24,199 nucleotides of DNA from a virus (IMGVR_UViG_3300000288_000064); one strand, 5' to 3'. Shown: positions 1 through 8,635, counted from the first letter of the stretch. Translations and numbers: made by a program. The notes: generated from the letters alone by a model not told the origin.

Positions 1-82
1 AATCGATACTGGAAAAAACTCTAACTCGGTGGCCAGTTTTTGTTGACCACTTCATGCTACCACAGAGTGGTTCGGTGAATCG

Positions 83-286
83 ATGTTGATTGCGATGGAA
101 GATGATCGTTATCCAGGCTGCCCTGTTTTTGCCTGTGTTGATTTGCCAGAAGGCGCGGTACTTGAAGACGACAAAGAAGAATGCTCGTCTGATGGCGAAC
201 TTGTCATTACTGGAATCGTTGATGGTAAGCCGGAATACTCTCGTATTGAGGTAAATAACGGCCGCATCCGTTTGATCCCTGCGTAA
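83..286 (+). CDS. hypothetical small acidic protein (67 aa)
   Basis: ATG-initiated ORF with protein-like, acidic composition; the overlapping minus-strand ORF (109..441) is Ser/Pro-rich low complexity. No recognisable motif. Confidence 0.3.
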   Translation: MLIAMEDDRYPGCPVFACVDLPEGAVLEDDKEECSSDGELVITGIVDGKPEYSRIEVNNGRIRLIPA

Positions 287-347
287 CGCATTACAGCAGC
301 TCTTGTGCTTACCAGGGGCTGCGATAATGCGCAAACCAAAGCTGCCT

Positions 348-377
348 CATTAACTCCAGCTCGCTGTGGAGTTAATG
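348..377. repeat. perfect 11-bp inverted repeat (cattaactcca / tggagttaatg) with 8-nt loop; candidate terminator or operator
   Basis: Read directly: 348..358 is the exact reverse complement of 367..377; a T-run (386..391) follows after an 8-nt spacer. Lies between ORF 83..286 and the ParB cassette. Confidence 0.3.
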
Positions 378-520
378 CTGGTGGCTTTTTTATTACTGGA
401 AGGTGGGCGACCGCCGTCAGTTGCGACCTGACGACAGTCATTCATACCCACAGGGTGCCGTGGATACAAACCGAGGCCCACTTGCTTGCACAAGCGAGGG
501 GATTTTAGCGGATAAACGGC

Positions 521-1144
521 ATGACAAAACATCTTAATGTGGTTTCTTTACCACTTTCTGTGTTGATTGGTTATGAAAAGAACGCTCGCACACACTCCGT
601 GGAGCAGGTAGATCAGATTATTGCCAGCATACAGGAGTACGGATGGACTAATCCGATCCTGATAGACGAGAACAACGTTGTAATTGCTGGTCATGGTCGA
701 ATTGCTGCGGCCACTCAGTTGGGGATGGATGATGTTCCCTGCATTGTTCTGGCTGGGCTAACGGAGAATCAGAAGAAGGCATATCGTCTGGCCGACAACC
801 GTATTCCGCTGAATGCTGGTTGGGATGAAGAGTTGTTAAGCGCGGAGCTTGCAGATCTTGCGGCCGATGATTTTGCTCTGGACTCAATTGGTTTTACTCA
901 GCGCGAACTGGATAACTTATTGAGTGCGGCGGTCTACGATGACACAGAGGGTATGGATATCCCATTTGAGAAGGATGAGGCCAAATCAGGCGTAAAAGTT
1001 CAGTACCTGTCATTTGGAGGTCATAAAATCCCGGCAACGGATGAGGAAGCGGATCGTTTTGACTGCGCGGTGTCTCGTTATGTTGATGATAATGGCAGCT
1101 ATATCGGATTTGTATCCGCATTGCTGGCTGGGGAGGTGTGCTGA
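521..1144 (+). CDS. ParB-like N-terminal domain protein (ParB/sulfiredoxin fold), copy 1
   Basis: N-terminal region (YEKNARTHSVEQVDQIIASIQEYGWTNPILID...IAGHGRIAAA) matches the ParB-N box with GxGR motif that often precedes phage DNA methylases; about 100-aa acidic C-terminal extension. Stop overlaps the next start. Confidence 0.8.
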   Translation: MTKHLNVVSLPLSVLIGYEKNARTHSVEQVDQIIASIQEYGWTNPILIDENNVVIAGHGRIAAATQLGMDDVPCIVLAGLTENQKKAYRLADNRIPLNAGWDEELLSAELADLAADDFALDSIGFTQRELDNLLSAAVYDDTEGMDIPFEKDEAKSGVKVQYLSFGGHKIPATDEEADRFDCAVSRYVDDNGSYIGFVSALLAGEVC

Positions 1145-2517
1145 TGCTTCACCTCAATTACGACATAACGCACCTACGCGGCGCGGAATATAACCCGCGT
1201 TTTATCGGTGAGGATGATCTTGCGAGGCTGGCGGAAAGCGTCAGGGAGCTGGGGCTTGTGAAGCCATTGATAGTGCGCGGCGATTTGCTGGTGGCGGGAC
1301 ACCAAAGGACGAAGGCGCTACGTAAGTTGGGAATAACGCGTGCTGCGGTGTATGTGTTGCCCTGTGAAACGACGGTATACGACGAAGTACGGTTTAACCA
1401 ACTGCATAACGGAACGGATTTTGATAGCGGAGATGAGCGTTGCAGGGTGTCCGGTCTGGAAGATAAGCATGGTTTTGTTCAGGTATCGGCAAGCCAGATC
1501 TCAGGCAATATGCGCGCGAAAATGGCATATGTTCGAAAGAACATAGCGGAACTGGTTATCAAGTATGGTCCGTGGGGTGGTTGTGTTGCTACTCAGTCTG
1601 GTGAGGTTATTCACTGTGCTCAGTATGCATTAGCAGCGAAAATGACGCGCACACCGCTAACGGTGTTTGTGATCCCTGATGTTGAGAAGGAAAAATACCA
1701 AAGTTATCTGAATAAAACTTATGGTGTATTTGAGTATTCTCATCTGGAGAAAACAACATACATCCAGACGTATGCGCAGCTTATGCGGTTGCGTAATGGT
1801 GGCAGCCTGAAATCAAATCTGTATGAGTCGTTGATCCTCCCGATCGTTGCCAAGACGCCAAGAGGAATTGATTTTGGTTCGGGGCAGGGAGACTACGCGC
1901 GAATGCTCAGGGCAAAGGGATATAACCTGCATGATCTTGAGCTTTTTCGCCGTAAGGGCGCTGGAAACACTCTGGATAGGGCTGCAACAAACCGAATGAT
2001 TGATACGCTGGTGGACGACTTAAAAACGCGAGGGCGTTACGACTACGTGATTTGCGATAGCGTTTTGAACTCGGTCGATAGTGTCGAGGCTGAATGGTCC
2101 GTTCTGACGGTTCTGAAAGGCCTGTGTAAAGCTGGTGGGTCAATATTCTTTTCTGGTCGTAGCCGTGGAGAGCTGGAAACAGTCCTGAAGCAAACACAAG
2201 CGGCGAGTTCCAAAAGCCGGCTTTATTTTATTGATCATAACGGTTTTACCGCGTTGTACCGGAAGGGGCACTGGTTTTACCAGAAGTTTCACTCTGATGA
2301 TGAAGTGAAGCAGTTGTGTCGTGTACATGGTTTCAGGATTAAGCGGTCAATATTCAACTGTAATAGCTGGTATTTGCACGTCATTAACGATGATTCCCTT
2401 AGTTGGGCGAGTCTGGAGAAAGCTGTTCGTTTTGAGTTTGAGTTGCCGTTGCCTGGTGGTTCAACAATCGGACGATCTGATGATGTGCTGGCGGCTTTCC
2501 GGCCGTTGATTAAGTAG
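1144..2517 (+). CDS. fusion protein: ParB-like N-terminal domain + class I SAM-dependent methyltransferase-like domain
   Basis: N-terminus has a ParB-N box (LVKPLIVRGDLLVAGHQRTKAL). C-terminal half carries Rossmann-fold MTase motif I (GIDFGSGQGDY, about 1864..1893) and a post-II-like motif (YDYVICDSVL, about 2038..2067). Start chosen as ATG 1144 (GGGAGG 7 nt upstream, TGATG overlap); in-frame GTG at 1138 is the alternative. Confidence 0.75.
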   Translation: MLHLNYDITHLRGAEYNPRFIGEDDLARLAESVRELGLVKPLIVRGDLLVAGHQRTKALRKLGITRAAVYVLPCETTVYDEVRFNQLHNGTDFDSGDERCRVSGLEDKHGFVQVSASQISGNMRAKMAYVRKNIAELVIKYGPWGGCVATQSGEVIHCAQYALAAKMTRTPLTVFVIPDVEKEKYQSYLNKTYGVFEYSHLEKTTYIQTYAQLMRLRNGGSLKSNLYESLILPIVAKTPRGIDFGSGQGDYARMLRAKGYNLHDLELFRRKGAGNTLDRAATNRMIDTLVDDLKTRGRYDYVICDSVLNSVDSVEAEWSVLTVLKGLCKAGGSIFFSGRSRGELETVLKQTQAASSKSRLYFIDHNGFTALYRKGHWFYQKFHSDDEVKQLCRVHGFRIKRSIFNCNSWYLHVINDDSLSWASLEKAVRFEFELPLPGGSTIGRSDDVLAAFRPLIK

Positions 2518-2533
2518 TGTGTAGGAGGCGCTG

Positions 2534-3253
2534 GTGGCTGACAGAATTGAGATAAAGATGGATTTTTCTTCTCAGGATATTCAACGACAACTCCAGCGCC
2601 TTGAAGAACGCGAATTGCCGTTCGCAATGGCGCTTGCGGCAACCAGAACGGCAAAGGCTTCTCAGGCTGCGATTAAGAATGAAATTAATCGGGTATTTGA
2701 CAGGCCCACGCCGTGGATTCAGAACTCTACTTACGTTTTGGCCGCAAAGAAGAGTGATCCTACAGCCATTGTGTATGCTCGTGAATGGGGAGGAACGCCA
2801 GCCCCTGTAACGTTGACTCCGCAAATCGAAGGTGGCCAACGACAGTACAAACGCTCAGAAGGGGCGCTAAGGGCTGGTGGATATTTGCCTAACGGCTGGC
2901 AGCTTGCTCCTGGTCCCGGCGCAAAGCTGGACAAATACGGGAATATTTCGCGGGGGCAATTACAGCAGGTCTTATCTGGCCTAAGAGTTCAGCGAGATGC
3001 GCATCAAAATCGCCGTCAGGGCAAGCCTACGGAGTTTTTTGTTGTTCGACCTGGTACAAGTAACCCGCTTCAACCAGGCGTCTGGCAGCGCGTTGGGCGG
3101 CGTCCTACGTTGATCCTTACGTTTATCCAGCAACCTAACTATTCGCAGCGTCTTGATTGGCATGGCGTGGCGCTGCGTGCTGGTGAGGATGCGTTTGCTG
3201 ATGAAGTCACAAAGGCTATTGATGACATTCTTTCTAAGACCTTCTCTCGTTAA
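2534..3253 (+). CDS. hypothetical protein (239 aa), third gene of the ParB/MTase cassette
   Basis: GTG start with a perfect AGGAGG 5 nt upstream, 16 nt after the previous stop; GC-rich coding composition; Gly/Pro/Arg/Gln-rich with no motif I can recognise. Confidence 0.6.
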   Translation: MADRIEIKMDFSSQDIQRQLQRLEERELPFAMALAATRTAKASQAAIKNEINRVFDRPTPWIQNSTYVLAAKKSDPTAIVYAREWGGTPAPVTLTPQIEGGQRQYKRSEGALRAGGYLPNGWQLAPGPGAKLDKYGNISRGQLQQVLSGLRVQRDAHQNRRQGKPTEFFVVRPGTSNPLQPGVWQRVGRRPTLILTFIQQPNYSQRLDWHGVALRAGEDAFADEVTKAIDDILSKTFSR

Positions 3254-3444
3254 TCATCGTGTGGTTGATGGTGTTGTTATGCAGAGTGTATTCACTGTGT
3301 TCTGTAGCGTCGCTCGCTGGCTGTCTGTGGGGGAGCACGAGCATCGTTTCATCGTCCGGCAGAATTGGGTCCTTCTGGCCAAAAGCGTTGGATGCGGGTC
3401 ATTCGAACCCCGATATTCGGCTAGCTAAACGTGAAAAAAGTTAG

Positions 3445-3809
3445 GTTAAAAGTTGCGGTAAAAGAAATTTACTCATCTCATTGAAAAATATCGGGAAAAC
3501 GTGATTTTTTCTGTATTTGTGCTGGTAAAAAGAAAGTGGAAAATTTTCTTTTAGATCATCAAGATACGCGCAGATCTTTAACCAATGTGATGTTGTTCTG
3601 ATAAAAATCGTTATAAATCATGCAAATACATCCAATCTTTTAACCAAAACACCATCGCAAGATCCTTTTTACTTATAAAAACTTAATAAAATCAGATAAT
3701 TATGCTGGTTTGTGTGATTTTTCATGAGTAAAAAGATCGTCATTTTTCTCTTTTAGTATCAATAAGTTAAACAGTTTTCTTTAACCTGTTGTGTTATGGC
3801 GGTTAAAAA
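3445..3809. promoter_or_regulatory. AT-rich intergenic spacer, probable promoter/regulatory region for the packaging-morphogenesis operon
   Basis: The only long non-coding gap among + strand genes; several TATAAA-like and TTGAAA/TTGATA-like hexamers, but no single promoter could be pinned by eye. Confidence 0.35.
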
Positions 3810-4400
3810 ATGGCTCTAAAAATCGAATATTTACCAGTCGGTAAGTTGCTCAGATATGCCAAAAATTCACGGACTCATTCAGATGAGCAAGTTGAACAGT
3901 TGGTGAACAGTATCCGTGAGTTCGGTTTCACTAATCCTGTGCTGATCGATGAAAAGAATGAACTGATTGCGGGGCATGGGCGGCTTGCAGCAGCCGAAAT
4001 TCTGGAAATGGATAAAGTTCCGGCGATTCGGTTGAGTAACCTTTCTGAAAAACAGAAGAAGGCTTACAGGATTGCAGATAACAAGCTGGCCTTAAATGCT
4101 GGCTGGGATATGCAGCTTCTGGCCGAAGAAGTCAAAGAGTTAATGGATGATGATTTTGATATTGATCTGCTTGGGTTTAATGATGCAGAGCTTGACGAAA
4201 TGTTAAGCGATGAACAGCCGCAGGAAGAAGACGATAATTCTTCCCCTGTTGTTCAAATTAAGTACCTGGCTATTGATAAAGAACGTATTCCCGCGACGGA
4301 TATGGAAATTGCATTGTTGCTGGATGTTTATCGTCAGTACCACGACGCGCATGAAACGCATGAGGGATTTGTTCAGTATCTTGCTAATGGTTGCAAGTAA
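3810..4400 (+). CDS. ParB-like N-terminal domain protein, copy 2 (paralog of 521..1144)
   Basis: Collinear similarity to copy 1 over the whole length (YAKNSRTHSDEQVEQLVNSIREFGFTNPVLID...IAGHGRLAAA...QKKAYRIADNKLALNAGWD...IPATD). Stop overlaps the small terminase start. Confidence 0.8.
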   Translation: MALKIEYLPVGKLLRYAKNSRTHSDEQVEQLVNSIREFGFTNPVLIDEKNELIAGHGRLAAAEILEMDKVPAIRLSNLSEKQKKAYRIADNKLALNAGWDMQLLAEEVKELMDDDFDIDLLGFNDAELDEMLSDEQPQEEDDNSSPVVQIKYLAIDKERIPATDMEIALLLDVYRQYHDAHETHEGFVQYLANGCK

Positions 4401-4951
4401 TGGCCATCGTCAGTAAGTCAGAGTTTGCCCGCCGGAAAGGTATTTCTCCGGCAATGGTTACGAAGCTCTGTCGTTCCGGTCGCATTCCAGTGCTGAAAAG
4501 CGGCAAGCTGGATTTTGATAAAGCCAGTGCGGCTTATGAAGCGAGCCGACAGGTTGGTCGTGAGGTATCTGCTGAAAATGGAAAAAGAGGGCATGGGATA
4601 TCTTCGGAACAACCAGAGTTACCCGCTGATGATGCCGGATTAGCTGGTGGTACTTCCGGTGTTGCGGTGCAATTCAACAAGGCTAAGACCGCAGAAAAAA
4701 TTTATCAGGCAAAGCTGAAACGCCTTGAATTTGAAGAAAAGGAAGGCTCTCTCATCGCTAAAGATGCGGTCAGGGATGATGCATTTCTGGCAGCTAATGA
4801 ATTGCGTAGCCGCTTATTTAGTATTGCTCCAAGAGCAGCTCCCCGTTGTGAAGGCAAAACAGCCAGGGAGATCGAGCGCATTATTGAAGACGAGATTAAT
4901 TTTGCGCTTCAGGCGCTCCAGGAATCCCGATTTATTAAGCAGGAAGAATAA
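4400..4951 (+). CDS. terminase small subunit (Nu1-like architecture)
   Basis: Sits immediately upstream of the large terminase; N-terminal helix-turn-helix-like segment (SKSEFARRKGISPAMVTKLCRSGRIPV) and central coiled-coil-like region, as in lambda Nu1. ATG at 4400; the ORF track opens at an upstream TTG (4391). Confidence 0.6.
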   Translation: MAIVSKSEFARRKGISPAMVTKLCRSGRIPVLKSGKLDFDKASAAYEASRQVGREVSAENGKRGHGISSEQPELPADDAGLAGGTSGVAVQFNKAKTAEKIYQAKLKRLEFEEKEGSLIAKDAVRDDAFLAANELRSRLFSIAPRAAPRCEGKTAREIERIIEDEINFALQALQESRFIKQEE

Positions 4952-4956
4952 ACCTC

Positions 4957-6813
4957 ATGGGCGAAACAGTATGGAGCACCGCTTTTTTCCGTGCGCTTCG
5001 CCCTAAATCACGGCTAACTGTTTCCGAATGGGCTGATAAGTATCGTCATGTAGCGCCGGGAACGTCTCCAGAGCCAGGGCCGTGGCGTACAAGCCGAGTG
5101 CCATATTTGCGTGAACCAATGGATGTTATTGGTGACGCTGATACAGAAACAGTAGTGATGCAATGTAGCTCGCAAATTGGTAAATCCGAATTACAGCTAA
5201 ATGTTATGGGTTACTTTGCAGATCAGGAGCCATCTCCTCAGTTGATGATTTATCCAACGGTAGAGGCGGCTGAGGCTTTTTCAAAAGAGCGTATTGATCC
5301 GACGTTCAAATATTCCCCTGGTTTGAAACACAAGCTGCATGAAGGGAAAGAGGGGCGCGGTGCAGCCAAAAAGTCCAGCACGACTATACGTATGAAGCAT
5401 TACGCTGGTGGATATATAGCACTTGTTGGTGCTAATTCCCCAGCAGGTCTTGCATCCAGGCCAATTCGAATACTGTTAGCTGATGAGATTGATCGTTACG
5501 GTGTGACGCAGGAGGGCGACCCACTAAAACTAGGTATTCAGCGTACTACCAACTTTCATAATCGTAAGAAAGTTTTTGTTTCTACTCCTGTTTTGGAGGA
5601 AACAAGCAAAATCCACAAGTGGTTTAAGCTCTCCGATCAGCGTTACTACCATGTTCCTTGCCCATGTTGTGGCACCATGCAGGTGATGAAATGGTCGCAA
5701 GTCAGATGGGATAAGAGCGATTCAGGTGAGGCGTTACCGGAAACGGCCAGATATGAGTGCTGTGAGTGCGGCGGGATTATGCGCGGATCTGGTAAACCAG
5801 ACGTTGATTGGTTGGCGAAGGGGGTATGGATAGCTGAACATACTGGAGTTAAAGGTATTGTTGGTTTTCATATTAACAGTCTTTACTCCCCGTGGGTTGC
5901 ATTGTCAGAGCTGGTTGAAGAATTTACGGAAGCAACCAGAAACCGCGATAAAAATGGATTAATGGAGTTTATTAACCTTAAGCTGGGTGAGCCATGGAAA
6001 GAGGATGCTAAAGACGATATCGATCCTGAATACTTGTTGCAACGCAGAATAAGGTTTGAAGAGTTTTTACCAGATGATGTTTTATTGTTAAGTGCTGGTG
6101 TTGACGTACAGGACACGTATTTAGTTTGTGAATTGGTCGGTTGGGGAAAAGGTAAGGAGTCATGGGGGATAGAATATAAAATATTCCCAGGTGATCCCGC
6201 ACAAGATGTTGTCTGGAAACAACTTGATGAATACTTACTCCGTAGCTGGTCATTCCGTGACGGTCGAAAATTACAGATTTCTTCCGTTTGTATTGACTCT
6301 GGTGGGCATTTTACGACAGAGGTATATCGCTTTACTAAGCCGAGAGAATCAAGGCGAATATACTCTATCAGGGGGCGTGGTGGGGTAGGTTTACCATTTA
6401 TAGGAAAGCCAAGTAATAATAACCGTGTGGGTGCTATGTTGTTTAATTTGGGGGTTGATGATGGTAAAGGGACCATCATGGCAAGAATTAAACTACATGA
6501 TCCTGGTCCTGGTTATATGCATTTCCCATTAGATTCTGACAGAGGATATGATACCGAATACTTTAAAGGATTATTATCAGAGAAAAAAATATTTGAATAT
6601 AAAAATGGGCAGACAAAAGAAAAGTGGGTGAAAGTCTACGAGCGTAACGAGCCTCTTGATTGCCGTAACTATGCAACTGCCGCGATGGAAATTCTGAACC
6701 CTAATTTTAACTGGCTTGCCGAACAGGAAATGCGAGGTAATGTGTATGTGCAGAACTCGTCAGGTATACGTAGAAGACGCCGTAGAGTTATAAGTAAAGG
6801 CGTAACCATATAG
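4957..6813 (+). CDS. terminase large subunit, GpA family (lambda A-like)
   Basis: 618 aa; N-terminal SEWADKYRHV segment and C-terminal LDCRNYATAAMEIL segment align by eye with lambda gpA (VEWADANYY; ALDCFVYALAAL). Confidence 0.9.
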   Translation: MGETVWSTAFFRALRPKSRLTVSEWADKYRHVAPGTSPEPGPWRTSRVPYLREPMDVIGDADTETVVMQCSSQIGKSELQLNVMGYFADQEPSPQLMIYPTVEAAEAFSKERIDPTFKYSPGLKHKLHEGKEGRGAAKKSSTTIRMKHYAGGYIALVGANSPAGLASRPIRILLADEIDRYGVTQEGDPLKLGIQRTTNFHNRKKVFVSTPVLEETSKIHKWFKLSDQRYYHVPCPCCGTMQVMKWSQVRWDKSDSGEALPETARYECCECGGIMRGSGKPDVDWLAKGVWIAEHTGVKGIVGFHINSLYSPWVALSELVEEFTEATRNRDKNGLMEFINLKLGEPWKEDAKDDIDPEYLLQRRIRFEEFLPDDVLLLSAGVDVQDTYLVCELVGWGKGKESWGIEYKIFPGDPAQDVVWKQLDEYLLRSWSFRDGRKLQISSVCIDSGGHFTTEVYRFTKPRESRRIYSIRGRGGVGLPFIGKPSNNNRVGAMLFNLGVDDGKGTIMARIKLHDPGPGYMHFPLDSDRGYDTEYFKGLLSEKKIFEYKNGQTKEKWVKVYERNEPLDCRNYATAAMEILNPNFNWLAEQEMRGNVYVQNSSGIRRRRRRVISKGVTI

Positions 6814-6824
6814 AGGAAATATAA

Positions 6825-7064
6825 ATGAACAATGAAGCATTTTCTCTGACTGAAGCCAGAGAGATGTTATCTGTCTGGCGGGAAGCATATCGCGCTATTG
6901 CTATTGGCGGTCAGTCATATAAATTTGGTACGCGGCAGTTAACTCGTGCGGATTTATCAGAAGTCAGAAAAGAGATGGATTACTGGCGTAATGAAGTAGA
7001 AAGATTATCAGCAGGTGTACGCCGAGGCCCACGAATTAAACGAGTGGTGATAAGAGATTTATGA
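6825..7064 (+). CDS. gpW-like head-tail joining (head completion) protein
   Basis: 79 aa between large terminase and portal; C-terminal VRRGPR and central DLSEVRKEM resemble lambda gpW (RRRGP; DLKKYIAELE). GAGGA RBS about 7 nt upstream. Confidence 0.65.
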   Translation: MNNEAFSLTEAREMLSVWREAYRAIAIGGQSYKFGTRQLTRADLSEVRKEMDYWRNEVERLSAGVRRGPRIKRVVIRDL

Positions 7065-8635
7065 ATATTCTTGATCGAGTTATTGCGCCGTTTTCACCTC
7101 AGAGGGCATTAAATCGAGCTTTGGCAAGAAAACGGTTAGAAGCACTTGAAGGTATTAATAACCTTGGATATTCACGTCATGGTGCAAGCACTCATAAAAA
7201 ATCATTAAGGGGTTGGTTTAGTAAAGCTGGTTCTCCTGATGATGATATTGTTAAAAATATAGATAAATTGCGTGAGCGTTCTCGTGATCTCTTCATGGGA
7301 AACCCGCTATCTGTTGGCGCAATAAAAACTATCAGGACAAACGTTGTTGGTTCCGGTTTAAAACTAAATGCGAACATTGATGCCGATTTCTTGGGGATGA
7401 CGCAGGAAGAAGCGCGAGCATGGGAAAAGCATGTTGAGCGTGAGTTTAGATTATGGGCTGATTCTCCAAATTGTGATGCATCAAGAATGTGTACTTTTGG
7501 ACAATTGCAATCATTGGTCCAAATATCTGCGTTAACATCTGGCGATATATTTGCTGCGCTACCAGTTATTAAGCGTAAGGGTGTTATATATGATTTGTGC
7601 GTCTATTTAATTGAAGGTGATCGTGTTTGCAATCCAGAGGATCGTTTTATACCAAATCTTTACGGTGGCGTAGAGGTTGGTGAATTTAGCGAGCCTGTGG
7701 CGTACTGGGTTGCAAAACATCACCCAGCCGGGACTTCTGGTTTTGTAACCCGCAAGTGGGAACGTATTCCCGCATATGGGAGTAAAACAGGAAGAAGAAA
7801 TATTCTGCATGTCATGCAGGATTTTGAAAGGCCTGGGCAACGCCGTGGCGTTCCTGTCCTTGCTCCTGTAATTGAAGCATTGAAGCAGTTAGGACGATAC
7901 ACCGATGCTGAATTGGTTGCTGCGGTTGTGTCAGGGATGTTTACTGTCTTTATTAAAACAGACGCTCCTGATGGGCCAGTCGGTGAATCGGGTATCCCTC
8001 AGTACGAGCAGATCGATAACCATGATAATAACACCCAAGAAATGGGGAATGGCTCCATAGTAAGTTTGGGTGAAGGTGAGTCGATAGATACAGCAAATCC
8101 CGGGCGACCAAATACGGCATTTGATGGTTTTGTTGTCGCCATATGCCGTCAAATTGGGGCTGCTTTAGAACTCCCTTACGAACTCTTGGTAAAGCATTTT
8201 ACAGCAAGTTATAGCGCAAGCAGGGCCGCATTACTTGAAGCCTGGAAAATGTTCCGTATGCGACGTGACTGGATGGTTCAGTCATTTTGCCAACCGATCT
8301 ATGAGGAATGGTTGGCCGAAGCCGTTGCTAAAGGTCGTGTTATTGCCCCTGGTTTTTTTTATGGGCCTGAATATCGCGCTGCATGGAGTGGCGCTCAATG
8401 GTATGGCCCATCACAAGGCCAATTAGATCCCCTTAAAGAAGTCAAAGCTGCAAAACTGCGTGTTGAGGAAACATTCTCTACCCGTGAAAAAGAAGCGGCT
8501 GAAATGTCAGGTCTTAACTGGGAAGAAACCGCACAAATCTGTGGCAGAGAAGAGAATGCTCGCCGTGAGTTGGGGCTTATTACACCTCCTGTTTCTGAGG
8601 TAAATGAACAAAATATGGAGACTGATGATGCCTAA
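7061..8635 (+). CDS. portal protein (lambda B family)
   Basis: 524 aa, expected size and position after the gpW-like gene; ATGA overlap with the upstream gene. Confidence 0.85.
   Translation: MNILDRVIAPFSPQRALNRALARKRLEALEGINNLGYSRHGASTHKKSLRGWFSKAGSPDDDIVKNIDKLRERSRDLFMGNPLSVGAIKTIRTNVVGSGLKLNANIDADFLGMTQEEARAWEKHVEREFRLWADSPNCDASRMCTFGQLQSLVQISALTSGDIFAALPVIKRKGVIYDLCVYLIEGDRVCNPEDRFIPNLYGGVEVGEFSEPVAYWVAKHHPAGTSGFVTRKWERIPAYGSKTGRRNILHVMQDFERPGQRRGVPVLAPVIEALKQLGRYTDAELVAAVVSGMFTVFIKTDAPDGPVGESGIPQYEQIDNHDNNTQEMGNGSIVSLGEGESIDTANPGRPNTAFDGFVVAICRQIGAALELPYELLVKHFTASYSASRAALLEAWKMFRMRRDWMVQSFCQPIYEEWLAEAVAKGRVIAPGFFYGPEYRAAWSGAQWYGPSQGQLDPLKEVKAAKLRVEETFSTREKEAAEMSGLNWEETAQICGREENARRELGLITPPVSEVNEQNMETDDA

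Noticed and set aside
406-433. Motif tgggcgaccgcc...gcgacct resembling the lambda cohesive end GGGCGGCGACCT
   Set aside because: It is not an exact match and lies about 4 kb upstream of the small terminase gene. Nu1-type terminases act at cos sites close to their own gene, so this is probably chance GC-rich similarity. Only mapping the virion DNA ends would settle it.
305-508. + strand ORF of 67 aa in the untranslated stretch before the cassette
   Set aside because: It overlaps the inverted repeat and hairpin region, has Cys/Thr/Ala-rich composition, and no ribosome-binding site. More likely non-coding.
1144-2517. Calling the fusion protein a canonical Dam-type DNA adenine methyltransferase
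   Set aside because: No DPPY/NPPY-type motif is present by visual scan, so only the generic class I SAM-MTase fold is claimed.
3394-3412. tRNA T-arm-like sequence (gggtcattcgaaccc) that might indicate a tRNA gene or att-site remnant
   Set aside because: Only a 4-bp stem forms, the positions expected to be G53/C61 do not fit, and I could not build acceptor, D or anticodon arms from the flanking sequence.
1340-4416. Alternative-frame + ORFs nested in annotated genes (1340..1546, 2321..2509, 2601..2810, 3153..3428, 3259..3444, 4210..4416)
   Set aside because: They overlap better-supported genes in other frames or lie in the region after the 239-aa gene with no start signals. Translations are Cys/Arg/Leu-rich, typical of out-of-frame reading.
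4725-5006. ORF bridging the small and large terminase genes
   Set aside because: It is out of frame with both terminase genes and has an Arg/Lys/Leu-rich translation. A by-product of the overlapping arrangement.
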